Positions 48,835-58,091 of a stretch of DNA of 64,000 nt are shown piece after piece. Both the position numbers and the translations under genes were made by a program. This DNA is from Chitinophagaceae bacterium (GTDB lineage Bacteria > Bacteroidota > Bacteroidia > Chitinophagales > Chitinophagaceae), in the NCBI GenBank assembly GCA_947380905.1, contig CANCSS010000004.1, positions 8,549-72,548 of the forward strand, written 5' to 3'. The first letter of the stretch is position 1. Each line of letters begins with the position of its first letter. Below the pieces are notes generated by a model that saw only the letters and a list, made by a program, of their open reading frames with translations, searched no databases and was not told the DNA's origin.

Positions 48835-50973
48835 ATGAAAAAAAATATTGTTTATCTATTCTTCTGTTTTAGTGCATTCGCACATGCGCAATCAAATGAT
48901 TGGCTAGTAAGTTCATTTACACAAAAAGCAAAAATTACCTTAGAAGGTCAAAAGATAGTATTGAACAATGGATTGGTAAATAGGGTTTTTATCATCCAAC
49001 CCAATGTGGCTTGTATTGATTATACTAATTTATCCAATGGGCAACAATTACTTAGAAGCATTGAACCTGAAGCTGAAGTAATTTTTGATCAAAAAATATA
49101 TAAAGTGGGAGGCTTGTCTGGACAAAAAGAAAAAGCATATTTAAAATTAGAAATCTTACAAAACTTACATAAAAACGACTCCGACTTTGTTTTTTCTAAG
49201 TACACCATCGCTGCCATTGAACCTTTTATACGTTGGAAACCTACTACCTGGGTATCCAATGGAAAACAACCCAGTGGTGCTAGTATTGAATTTGAGTATA
49301 CATCTCCCCTTGCTTCCCTAAAAGACATTGTTATAAAGGTGCATTATGAATTATATGACGGTATTCCGTTAATTACCAAATGGGTATCTATTGACAACCA
49401 TTCTAATAAATCAATTAAAATAAATAGAGTGGTGAATGAAATTCTTGGCTTGGTAGAAGAAGAAAGTGCAGTAGTGGGTAAGCCAGAAGAAATGAAAAAA
49501 CAACATGGTATTTATTTTGAAACGAATTATGCTTTTAACAATGCCATGCGTTATGATATCAGTGATCAAACCACTCATTGGAAAACAGACTTAAATTATA
49601 CTTCGCAAGTAAATTATAATTATGAAACACCTTGTTTACTCGAAATCTATCCAGAAAAGGCTCCTGGTATTGATTTAGCGCCGAATGAAAATTTTAAATC
49701 GGTTCGGACCAATGAACTATTAATGGATAGTTATGACCGTCAAAGAAGAGGCTTAATGTTAAAAAAAATGTATCGGACCCTTGCACCATGGACCACACAG
49801 AATCCCATTTTTATGCACTTGGTAAGTAAAAATGATCAGGAAGTAATCAATGCCATTGATCAATGTGTTGCCACAGGATATGAAGCGGTCATATTGAGCT
49901 TTGGTAGCCATCTTGATATGGAAGACAGTTCGGCTGCCAATATTAAAAGATGGACCAACCTCACCAACTATGCGCATCAGCACAAAATATTATTAGGAGG
50001 GTATTCTTTATTTAGCAGTAGACGCATTAGTGACAAAGACGATGTAGTTGACATTAAAACTGGTAAACCAGGTGGTGCATTTTTTGGGAATGCACCTTGT
50101 TTTGGAAGCAAATGGGGTTTAGGTTACAGAGATAAAATAAAATATTTTTTCACTCAAACTAAATTTGACATATGGGAAAACGATGGACCCTACCCCGGAG
50201 ATGTATGTGCATCCATTACCCATCCTGGACATAAAGGATATGATGATTCTCAATGGAGACAAATGGAAATACAGAAAGAATTGTACCATTGGCTAAATGA
50301 GCGTGGTGTTTATATCAATGCGCCTGATTGGTATTTTTTAGATGGTACCCATAAAATTGCATTAGGGTATAGAGAAGTAAATTTTTCTTTGTCGAGAGCA
50401 CAACAAAAATTATTGAATCGTCAAAATATTCATGATGGTACTTTGGAAAAAATACCGTCTATGGCATGGGGCTTTGTTCCACTGACCAAATACCAGGGAG
50501 GAACGGAAGACGCAGTATTGGAGCCATTATCAGAACATTTAAAAGACTATGAACAATTGATGATGCAATATTATGGCGCTGGCGTACAAGCTTGTTACAG
50601 AGGCCCAAGATTGTATGATACAGAAAAAACCAGAGTGGTAGTAGCGCATACGATTGATTGGTATAAAAAATATAGAACTATTTTAAATGCTGATATCATT
50701 CAATTGCGCAGAGCAGATGGACGTGATTGGGATGGCTGGATGCATGTGAATCCCCAATTAAAAGAAAAAGGGTTGATGATGTTTTTTAATCCTACCCAGC
50801 TTCCAATGACTAAAAACATTTCTTTACCCTTGTATTATACAGGACTTACAAAAGAAGCAACCATTATTAATTCCATGGGTGCGGCAAAAAAGTACACTTT
50901 AAATAGGGATTATACAATCAATTTTACGGTGAACATTCCTGCGGATTCTTATAGCTGGTATGTGATTGAATAA
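48835..50973 (+). CDS. Putative glycoside hydrolase (alpha-galactosidase/GH36-like clan D)
   Basis: 712 aa with signal peptide; N-terminal beta-sandwich, then a barrel with SFGS and WENDGPYPG, then a C-terminal beta domain. Confidence 0.55.
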   Translation: MKKNIVYLFFCFSAFAHAQSNDWLVSSFTQKAKITLEGQKIVLNNGLVNRVFIIQPNVACIDYTNLSNGQQLLRSIEPEAEVIFDQKIYKVGGLSGQKEKAYLKLEILQNLHKNDSDFVFSKYTIAAIEPFIRWKPTTWVSNGKQPSGASIEFEYTSPLASLKDIVIKVHYELYDGIPLITKWVSIDNHSNKSIKINRVVNEILGLVEEESAVVGKPEEMKKQHGIYFETNYAFNNAMRYDISDQTTHWKTDLNYTSQVNYNYETPCLLEIYPEKAPGIDLAPNENFKSVRTNELLMDSYDRQRRGLMLKKMYRTLAPWTTQNPIFMHLVSKNDQEVINAIDQCVATGYEAVILSFGSHLDMEDSSAANIKRWTNLTNYAHQHKILLGGYSLFSSRRISDKDDVVDIKTGKPGGAFFGNAPCFGSKWGLGYRDKIKYFFTQTKFDIWENDGPYPGDVCASITHPGHKGYDDSQWRQMEIQKELYHWLNERGVYINAPDWYFLDGTHKIALGYREVNFSLSRAQQKLLNRQNIHDGTLEKIPSMAWGFVPLTKYQGGTEDAVLEPLSEHLKDYEQLMMQYYGAGVQACYRGPRLYDTEKTRVVVAHTIDWYKKYRTILNADIIQLRRADGRDWDGWMHVNPQLKEKGLMMFFNPTQLPMTKNISLPLYYTGLTKEATIINSMGAAKKYTLNRDYTINFTVNIPADSYSWYVIE

Positions 50974-50985
50974 TCTAAAAAGGAA

Positions 50986-53118
50986 TTAGTCTAAAAAAAG
51001 TTCATCTACAAAAATCCATGCTGGCTTCCCTTTTCCTGGGTGCCATTTTGGTAATTTTTTTACATTTAGTAAAGTAAACCTATAATATTTAAAGGCTTTA
51101 TTGTCAGGGAAAGAACAGCTGAATGATTTATTGCCCCTAAACTTATTTGTTTTTTCAAGAGAAGGGAAGGAGGCTTGATTTAAATATTTAAAAGCTTTGC
51201 CATCATTACTGCCTTCAATTTTAATGGAAATAATAGGAAATATATAGGCGCCCATATCTATAAAAGCATTGAAAGTAGCGTGCTTTAATTGTTTTGCTTG
51301 TAAAAAGCTGGTTACAAAAATCATATTGCTGTCTTTGTATGCCAACCATTTTCCACCAGAAAAATTTTGCTCCCCCAACTCATAATCAACAAGTGTTTTA
51401 GCCCCTTTGCCAGCATATTTTTTATCCGGGTTGGTAATCAAATAGATAGAGTCTGGATGAATTTCCGATTTATAGAAAGTTTTTTCAACGATATCGCTGC
51501 CTAGCCAACCTGGTTTATAGGCCTTCGTCTTTAAAATACCACTTTTTGTAAGCTGAAACTTTTTGGTGTAAATCGGACTATTAATAGAATCTGGTACAGT
51601 GCCATCAATGGTGTATCTAACAATAGCGCCCTTCATAAAATGCTTTAGTGTTACATCCAAGTGGTTCACGATAATACTGGAGTCTTGCTCAATAACCGGA
51701 CTGGTTATTTGTAAAACTTTATCGTCTAAATTATCTCCAATAATAATTTTAGTTTTTTTATTGCTAGCCATTAATGCAGCGTATTCTTTTTCGACAGCTT
51801 TGTTATTCCATATATGAACTAAGGTAAAAGGGCTTTTTTCAATAAAGGAGGCTAAGGTGGTTGGATTTAAATCTATGCCACAAATAGAAATGTTTTTTAA
51901 TTTTAATAAACCCTTTAAAGGCAACAAGTCATTTAAACTAAGTTTGGTATAATTTAAATTTAATTTTCTGAGGTTTGAAAATGAGCTAATAATACCGATG
52001 TCTTCTTTGGTAAGCGGCATGCCTTGCATATTCAAACTGGCCACTTTTTCTTTAATGGGCTCCAATTTTTTCAAAGATTCTGTTTTATAAAAAGAACCTT
52101 GAAAAAAATCAACAAAAATTTCTTCTGATCCAAAGTAAGAATAGTTGACCGTGCAATAGCTGGTATTGTATACTTTTAAATCTGGGGCATTGTTTTTATT
52201 GTTATCCTCCCCCTTTTTTGGTGCCTTATAGGCATTGACCAATAAGGCTAAAGTATCTGTGTTTGTTAATTCATTTAATTTTTTCTTAAAATCACCGCCT
52301 GCTTTTACCCATCTATTTAGTAAGTTAAGTTCTTCTAGGGTAAGTTGAAGCTTTCCATCTGGAGGCATGTGTTTTTCATCAGCATTAGGCAAATGAATTC
52401 TTTGCAGCAACAAGGCTTCTTGATTGTTTATGCTATTTAATAAATTACCATCCTTTCCCCCTTTGATAATAAATTCGGGTGTATTTAATTGTAATTTGCC
52501 TTTTACTTTTTCAGGTCCATGGCAACCCACACATTTTTGTTCTAAAATGGGTGCAATTGCTTTTTCATATACCGTGAGCGTACTATCTACTTTATTTATT
52601 TCTTGGACTGGCGCTGAGGTAGGAAATGCTAGTACATCTTCTCCATGAGTGAGTTGTGCTCCTTTATGTGTAAAAAATAATAAAACAATTAAATAAGCTA
52701 CCCCTATTGCTTTTTTCCAGTTAAATTTTAATGAAGCCATATAAATAAATGCCCAACTGATGCAGGCAATGGCTACGCCACCCCATTTGTGTAAATCAAC
52801 AATGGTTTTATCATAGGCGTCTTGCTTGGACAAAAAGATACCAAACAAAGCTACCAGAGTAGCCAATACAGCATTGCTAGTGAATAGCAATCTTTCAAGT
52901 GGAAGGTCTAATTTTTTATTGGGTATAAAAATCAAATAGACAACAATGGCCACCCCAAGTACAATAGGGAAATGCAATAGCAAGGGATGTAGTTTCCCTA
53001 ACCATTCTAAACCATGATTTATTTTTGTAGTTTCATTAAAGAAAGCTAAAATAATTAATAAAGGATTTAACAGCCATAACAATCCTTCTCCCCATTGATT
53101 TATTTTATGGATGCGCAT
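50986..53118 (-). CDS. Membrane His-rich + cytochrome c + LRR + Fn3-like + discoidin-like protein
   Basis: HPLLLHFP, HKW and THKG-LTHG; CVGCH...HMPP; LRRs; RYTIDGTVP (Fn3/chitobiase-like); PKWHPGKG-WIFVDE C domain. Confidence 0.8.
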   Translation of the reverse strand: MRIHKINQWGEGLLWLLNPLLIILAFFNETTKINHGLEWLGKLHPLLLHFPIVLGVAIVVYLIFIPNKKLDLPLERLLFTSNAVLATLVALFGIFLSKQDAYDKTIVDLHKWGGVAIACISWAFIYMASLKFNWKKAIGVAYLIVLLFFTHKGAQLTHGEDVLAFPTSAPVQEINKVDSTLTVYEKAIAPILEQKCVGCHGPEKVKGKLQLNTPEFIIKGGKDGNLLNSINNQEALLLQRIHLPNADEKHMPPDGKLQLTLEELNLLNRWVKAGGDFKKKLNELTNTDTLALLVNAYKAPKKGEDNNKNNAPDLKVYNTSYCTVNYSYFGSEEIFVDFFQGSFYKTESLKKLEPIKEKVASLNMQGMPLTKEDIGIISSFSNLRKLNLNYTKLSLNDLLPLKGLLKLKNISICGIDLNPTTLASFIEKSPFTLVHIWNNKAVEKEYAALMASNKKTKIIIGDNLDDKVLQITSPVIEQDSSIIVNHLDVTLKHFMKGAIVRYTIDGTVPDSINSPIYTKKFQLTKSGILKTKAYKPGWLGSDIVEKTFYKSEIHPDSIYLITNPDKKYAGKGAKTLVDYELGEQNFSGGKWLAYKDSNMIFVTSFLQAKQLKHATFNAFIDMGAYIFPIISIKIEGSNDGKAFKYLNQASFPSLEKTNKFRGNKSFSCSFPDNKAFKYYRFTLLNVKKLPKWHPGKGKPAWIFVDELFLD

Positions 53119-53120
53119 AC

Positions 53121-54566
53121 TTAACTAATAATTTCATTCACAACTTTTCCAGCTACATCTGTTAATCTGTAACGGCGTCCTTGATGTTTGTAAGTAAAGC
53201 GCTCATGATCTATGCCCATTAAATGCATTACGGTAGCTTGGAAATCGTGCACATGCACTGGTAAGGAATTAATATTATATCCAAAATCATCTGTTTCGCC
53301 AAATACGCCTGGTTTTACACCTCCTCCAGCCATCCAAATAGTGAAACATTTAGGATGATGGTCTCTACCGTAATTGTCTTTGGTAAGTGCACCTTGACAA
53401 TAATTGGTTCTTCCAAACTCGCCACCCCATATAATTAAAGTTTCATCCAACAAGCCTCTTTGTTTTAAATCTTTTATCAATGCTGCAGAAGATTGATCTA
53501 CATCCTTACATTGTCCTTCTAACTCTTTAGGTAAATTACCATGGGTATCCCAGCCTTGATGGTACAATTGAACAAAGCGTACTCCATTCTCAGAAAGCTT
53601 TCTTGCCAATAAACAATTGGCTGCATACGTACCAGGGATCAAACATTCAGGTCCATACATTTTTACTATGGATTCAGGCTCGTTTTGCAAAGAAGTGATT
53701 TCAGGTACGGCCATTTGCATGCGGTAAGCCAATTCGTATTGTTGTATTTTAGTTACAATTTCAGGATCTCCTATTTTACTATAGGACTCTTGATTCAATG
53801 CTGCAATTTCATCCAGCATCACACGCTTATCGCCACGTTTAATAAATTCAGGGTCGGTTAAATATTTTACAGGCTCTTCACCGCTGCTAAATTGAACGCC
53901 TTGGTGAATAGAATCTAAAAATCCATTGTTCCATAATTTTGAATACACCCCCTGTCCATTTCCTTTCCCTTTGCTTAATAAAACACAAAAAGCAGGTAAA
54001 TTTTTATTTTCACTTCCTAAGCCATAACTAATCCAGGAACCCATACTTGGACGGTTACCTACTTGAGACCCTGTTTGAAAAAATGTAAGTGCAGGATCAT
54101 GATTAATAGCCTCGGTATACATGGTTTTTACGATACAAAGATCATCGGCCATGCTGGCAATATGTGGGAGCGTTTCACTAAACCAAGCACCATTGCTACC
54201 ATGTTGTGAAAAATTAAATTTAGTGCCAGCCAATGGAAATTTGGCTTGATTGGCCGTCATACCAGTTAATCTTTGTCCCATTCGAATACTTGCAGGTAAA
54301 TCAGTTCCTTGCATTTTTTGTAACAATGGTTTGTAATCAAAAAGATCTAATTGAGAGGGAGCTCCATTTTGAAATAAATAAATGACACGTTTTGCTTTAG
54401 GTGCAAAATGGGGCAATACATTGGTAAATAATTCCTCTTCGTTGCTTGCATTAAAAATACCAGGCACCATTAAAGAGCCCAATGCCAGTCCACCAATACC
54501 TAAACTTAATTTAGATAAAAATTTACGACGATTTTGATTTAAGCCATGTTCTAAAAATTCATTCAT
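53121..54566 (-). CDS. DUF1501 family protein (copy 2), Tat signal
   Basis: NRRKFL, KAKRVIYLFQNGAPSQLDLFD, NHDPA, WDTH, WGGEFGRT, RDHH and RLTDV motifs. Confidence 0.9.
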   Translation of the reverse strand: MNEFLEHGLNQNRRKFLSKLSLGIGGLALGSLMVPGIFNASNEEELFTNVLPHFAPKAKRVIYLFQNGAPSQLDLFDYKPLLQKMQGTDLPASIRMGQRLTGMTANQAKFPLAGTKFNFSQHGSNGAWFSETLPHIASMADDLCIVKTMYTEAINHDPALTFFQTGSQVGNRPSMGSWISYGLGSENKNLPAFCVLLSKGKGNGQGVYSKLWNNGFLDSIHQGVQFSSGEEPVKYLTDPEFIKRGDKRVMLDEIAALNQESYSKIGDPEIVTKIQQYELAYRMQMAVPEITSLQNEPESIVKMYGPECLIPGTYAANCLLARKLSENGVRFVQLYHQGWDTHGNLPKELEGQCKDVDQSSAALIKDLKQRGLLDETLIIWGGEFGRTNYCQGALTKDNYGRDHHPKCFTIWMAGGGVKPGVFGETDDFGYNINSLPVHVHDFQATVMHLMGIDHERFTYKHQGRRYRLTDVAGKVVNEIIS

Positions 54567-54575
54567 ATCAATAAT

Positions 54576-56912
54576 TTATGATTTTGTAATGGTTTCCTCC
54601 AAATTATATAGAATAAGTATTGTTTTCATTAAAGCAGCAGCTTCTGCTTCGTTGTATTTTTTAGTTGGATGCATAAATTCACCCACTTCTAATGTATTTT
54701 TTAAAATCTTATTATTTGAATTAAAGAAAGCGACTTGATTTTCACAAAAAGAAATTAATTTTTTCTTTTCAAAGCTGGACGGTTTTCTTATGATGATGGT
54801 TTCAAATGCCTGTTCAATTTTATCTTCCAAATTTTTATTGGTACCAGAAATATTTTCTGCAAGTACACGTGCTGCTTCTAATACTGCAGGGTCATTTAAC
54901 ATGGTCAATGCCTGCAATGGTGTATTGGTGCTCGCTCTTTTGGCTTCGCATTGGTCTCTGTTGCTTGCATCAAAGATCATCATGCTTGGAGGAGGTGCAG
55001 TTAGTTTAATAAAAGTATACAACCCCCTTCTGTATATGGCAGGGCCATGGTCTTGTTTGTAGGTAGCTAAAACTCCTCGGCCAGAAGTAGTACTTTCCCA
55101 TACACCCTTAGGCTGATATGGCTTAACACTTGGTCCGCCAATGGCAGGATTTAACAACCCACTGGTGCTTAAAATCCAATCTCTTACAATTTCTGCTTTA
55201 AATCGAAGGCGAGGTGATCTGGAATAATAAATATTTTCAGGATCCAGCTCCAATTGTTTTTTACTTACTATACTGGATTGTTGATAGGTATTACTGGTTA
55301 GAATTTTTTTAATTAGATATTTAATATCCCAGTTGTGTTCCATAAAATCTACCGCCAACCAATCTAACAATTCAGGATGGGACGGCAACTCACCTTGCAA
55401 TCCATAATCACTAGATGTTTTAACAATGCCTTTTCCAAATAATTCTTGCCAAATAAAATTTACAAATACTCTTGCTGTAAGCGGGTTCTTTTTTTCTACC
55501 GTCCATTTTGCCAAACCCAATCGATTGCGTTCATATTTTAAAGTATCATAAGGTAGGATAGATTCCAAGCCAGTAGGTTTTACCTCAACATCCGTAGGAG
55601 CATCGTATCTGCCTCTGCTTAAAATATAAGTGGGTCTTGCCTTTACAGTATCTCCAATTTTCCAATCACCCATCACGGAAACTTCTAATTTGTTCGTGTC
55701 TGGATGATTGATAAAAGTCATCAATTTATTTTTTTCTTCTGCGTCTATATATAGTTTAGGAGTTTTAGCGGGTGTTGAAACACCAACATCACCTTCGTAT
55801 CCCTTTTCTTTACTCATGTTAAAAAAGGCATACAATTGATAATAATCTTTATTGGAGAAGGGGTCGTATTTATGATCATGACATTGCGCACATTCTATGG
55901 TTACCCCTAAAATGGCTTTCCCATAAGTTCTTGTTTTATCGATATTATAAGAAACTCTGTATTCCTCATCTATAACTCCGCCCTCTTCTGTGTATTTATG
56001 ATTTCTAAAAAAAGCAGTAGCTAATATAGTAGACTTGGTAGCATTGGGCATTAAGTCGCCGGCAATTTGTTGTGTTAAAAATTGATCATACGATAAGTTC
56101 TTGTTGAAAGCATTGATTACCCAATCTCTCCAAGGCCATTGAGATCTTATATTGTCATCCTGAAATCCATAAGAATCAGAATAACGTGCAAGATCCATCC
56201 AAAGCAATGCCATCTTTTCGCCATACGCCGGCTTCTTTAACAATTGATCAATTAATTCTGAATACCAATTTTCACTAGAGGAGCTGTTCCAGCGATTTAT
56301 TTCTTCAAAGGTGGGCGCGATTCCAGTGATATCAGCAAAAGCTCTTTTAATAAGGGTTTCACGGGTAGCAGGCGCATTGGGACTGAAACCCTTTTGTTCC
56401 ATTTTTTGTAAAATAAAAGGGTCAATTTCATTTTTAACCCATTTGCTGTGGTCTACTTCCGGCAACTTTGCCTTTACTGGTGCTACAAAAGCCCAATGCT
56501 TTTCATACTTGGCACCCTGCTCAATCCATTTTTTGAATAATTTAATCTCTTCTGTGCTCAACCTTGCTAAGTGGCTTTCAGGCAAGGGCATCATGATCGC
56601 AGGATCGTTAGAAGAAATGCGTTTTATGAGTTCGCTTTTATCGGGCTGTCCAGGGACAATTGCATAATGCCCTTTATTTTTTTCTAATTCTCCAAAAGCG
56701 CTAGCGGGAAGATCCAATCTTAATCCAGCCCTTACTTTAGATACATCTGGCCCATGACAAGAAAAACATTTATCAGATAATAAAGGACGTATGTCTCTGT
56801 TATAAGAAACAGCTACACTTGAAAACTCTTTTTGTGCATTGGTAAATTTTATCCAACCATATACTAATCCAACAACAATAAGTAGAAGTCCTAATAAGGT
56901 ATATCTTTTCAT
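54576..56912 (-). CDS. PSCyt1/DUF1549/DUF1553 di-heme protein (copy 2)
   Basis: CFSCH...MMP, HWAF, WPWRDW, CAQCHDHKYDP, PSHPELLDWLA and TPLQAL motifs. Confidence 0.9.
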   Translation of the reverse strand: MKRYTLLGLLLIVVGLVYGWIKFTNAQKEFSSVAVSYNRDIRPLLSDKCFSCHGPDVSKVRAGLRLDLPASAFGELEKNKGHYAIVPGQPDKSELIKRISSNDPAIMMPLPESHLARLSTEEIKLFKKWIEQGAKYEKHWAFVAPVKAKLPEVDHSKWVKNEIDPFILQKMEQKGFSPNAPATRETLIKRAFADITGIAPTFEEINRWNSSSSENWYSELIDQLLKKPAYGEKMALLWMDLARYSDSYGFQDDNIRSQWPWRDWVINAFNKNLSYDQFLTQQIAGDLMPNATKSTILATAFFRNHKYTEEGGVIDEEYRVSYNIDKTRTYGKAILGVTIECAQCHDHKYDPFSNKDYYQLYAFFNMSKEKGYEGDVGVSTPAKTPKLYIDAEEKNKLMTFINHPDTNKLEVSVMGDWKIGDTVKARPTYILSRGRYDAPTDVEVKPTGLESILPYDTLKYERNRLGLAKWTVEKKNPLTARVFVNFIWQELFGKGIVKTSSDYGLQGELPSHPELLDWLAVDFMEHNWDIKYLIKKILTSNTYQQSSIVSKKQLELDPENIYYSRSPRLRFKAEIVRDWILSTSGLLNPAIGGPSVKPYQPKGVWESTTSGRGVLATYKQDHGPAIYRRGLYTFIKLTAPPPSMMIFDASNRDQCEAKRASTNTPLQALTMLNDPAVLEAARVLAENISGTNKNLEDKIEQAFETIIIRKPSSFEKKKLISFCENQVAFFNSNNKILKNTLEVGEFMHPTKKYNEAEAAALMKTILILYNLEETITKS

Positions 56913-56952
56913 AGCTAATTTGAGTAAAAAAGTAGGGTGAAATTGGTTGTTT

Positions 56953-57978
56953 TTAAACCTTAGTAAATTTATAAGGGTATACTTTCCCAGAAGCCCATTG
57001 TGCTACATAAATACTTCCTTCATCGTCTACACAAACATCGTGTGGGTGAACAAATATTTTTTCTTTTTGAGACATTGGTTGTAACACATCGTTTTCATAC
57101 ACCGGCGCAGATCCACCTAAATTAGAAACTACTTTATTGTCTTTGTCTAAAATGGTTACAAATCCAGAATTGATGGTATCTAAATTAGGCGAACGCAATA
57201 CAGCAGCATACAAGTAATCGCCTTTAATAACGGGTCTACATACACATGCACCTGGTAAATGAATTACTTCTAATAATTTTCCATCCATAGAGAAACGCTT
57301 GAATGCATTTCTAGTACGGTCGGTGATAATTAAGGTAGGCTTGGCTTTTCTGTAGTCTACACATATTCCATGTGCATTGTCTAAATGCTCCTCTCCTGTT
57401 CCTCTTCCTCCAAATGAATTTTTTAATTTTCCATATTCATCATAATGTAAAATATGTTGAGCGCCATAACCATCTGCAATGTAAAAGTCTCCATTCGCTA
57501 ACACAGCAGTTTCTGTTGGAACAAAAGCTTCCTTTTTTTGATACGCTGGTAAATCGGCAGGGGGATCGATGGTTAATAAAATTTTACCATCAATGGTTGT
57601 TTTATATACTTGATGTCTGTTGGTATCGGTAATGAATAATAAATCTTCTTTCCCATTGTGTTGCACAGTGAGCCCGTGTGCTCCTGGGAATACGGTACCC
57701 CAAGTATCAATCAGCTTACCACTTTTATTATAAATGATGATGTTATTTTTAGTTTCATTGGTCAATAAAAGAATACGACCTTTCCCATCTTGAATCATTT
57801 CATGACAATCGTTCACAGGAGTTTGGTCGGCATTCAAAGTGCCCCAATTGGTATTCAATTGGTAGGTCATTCCATTTTGACCATACACTTGACCTTGCAC
57901 TGGACGCATTAAATTTTTAGTAATTAGTAACCCCGCTGTGGAAACCACGGTGTTTTTTATAAAAGTGCTTCTTTTCAT
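56953..57978 (-). CDS. NHL-repeat six-bladed beta-propeller, peptidyl-alpha-hydroxyglycine lyase-like
   Basis: GAHGL, IADGYG, NAHGI, TDR and HPHDVCVD motifs; Tat-like leader (MKRSTFIK). Confidence 0.78.
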   Translation of the reverse strand: MKRSTFIKNTVVSTAGLLITKNLMRPVQGQVYGQNGMTYQLNTNWGTLNADQTPVNDCHEMIQDGKGRILLLTNETKNNIIIYNKSGKLIDTWGTVFPGAHGLTVQHNGKEDLLFITDTNRHQVYKTTIDGKILLTIDPPADLPAYQKKEAFVPTETAVLANGDFYIADGYGAQHILHYDEYGKLKNSFGGRGTGEEHLDNAHGICVDYRKAKPTLIITDRTRNAFKRFSMDGKLLEVIHLPGACVCRPVIKGDYLYAAVLRSPNLDTINSGFVTILDKDNKVVSNLGGSAPVYENDVLQPMSQKEKIFVHPHDVCVDDEGSIYVAQWASGKVYPYKFTKV

Positions 57979-58020
57979 ATTTAATTTTTTTATAGCGTGT
58001 TTACTAAGATAAGATTTTTA

Positions 58021-58059
58021 ACAAAAGAACGGCGAGCCTCCCTAAAGAAACTCGCCGTT
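58021..58059 (-). terminator. Rho-independent terminator after the phosphoesterase gene
   Basis: Minus strand AACGGCGAGTTTCT-TTAG-GGAGGCTCGCCGTT followed by CTTTTGT. Confidence 0.65.
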
Positions 58060-58091
58060 TGTGTAAAAAATACATGTTAGTTTATTAAAAA

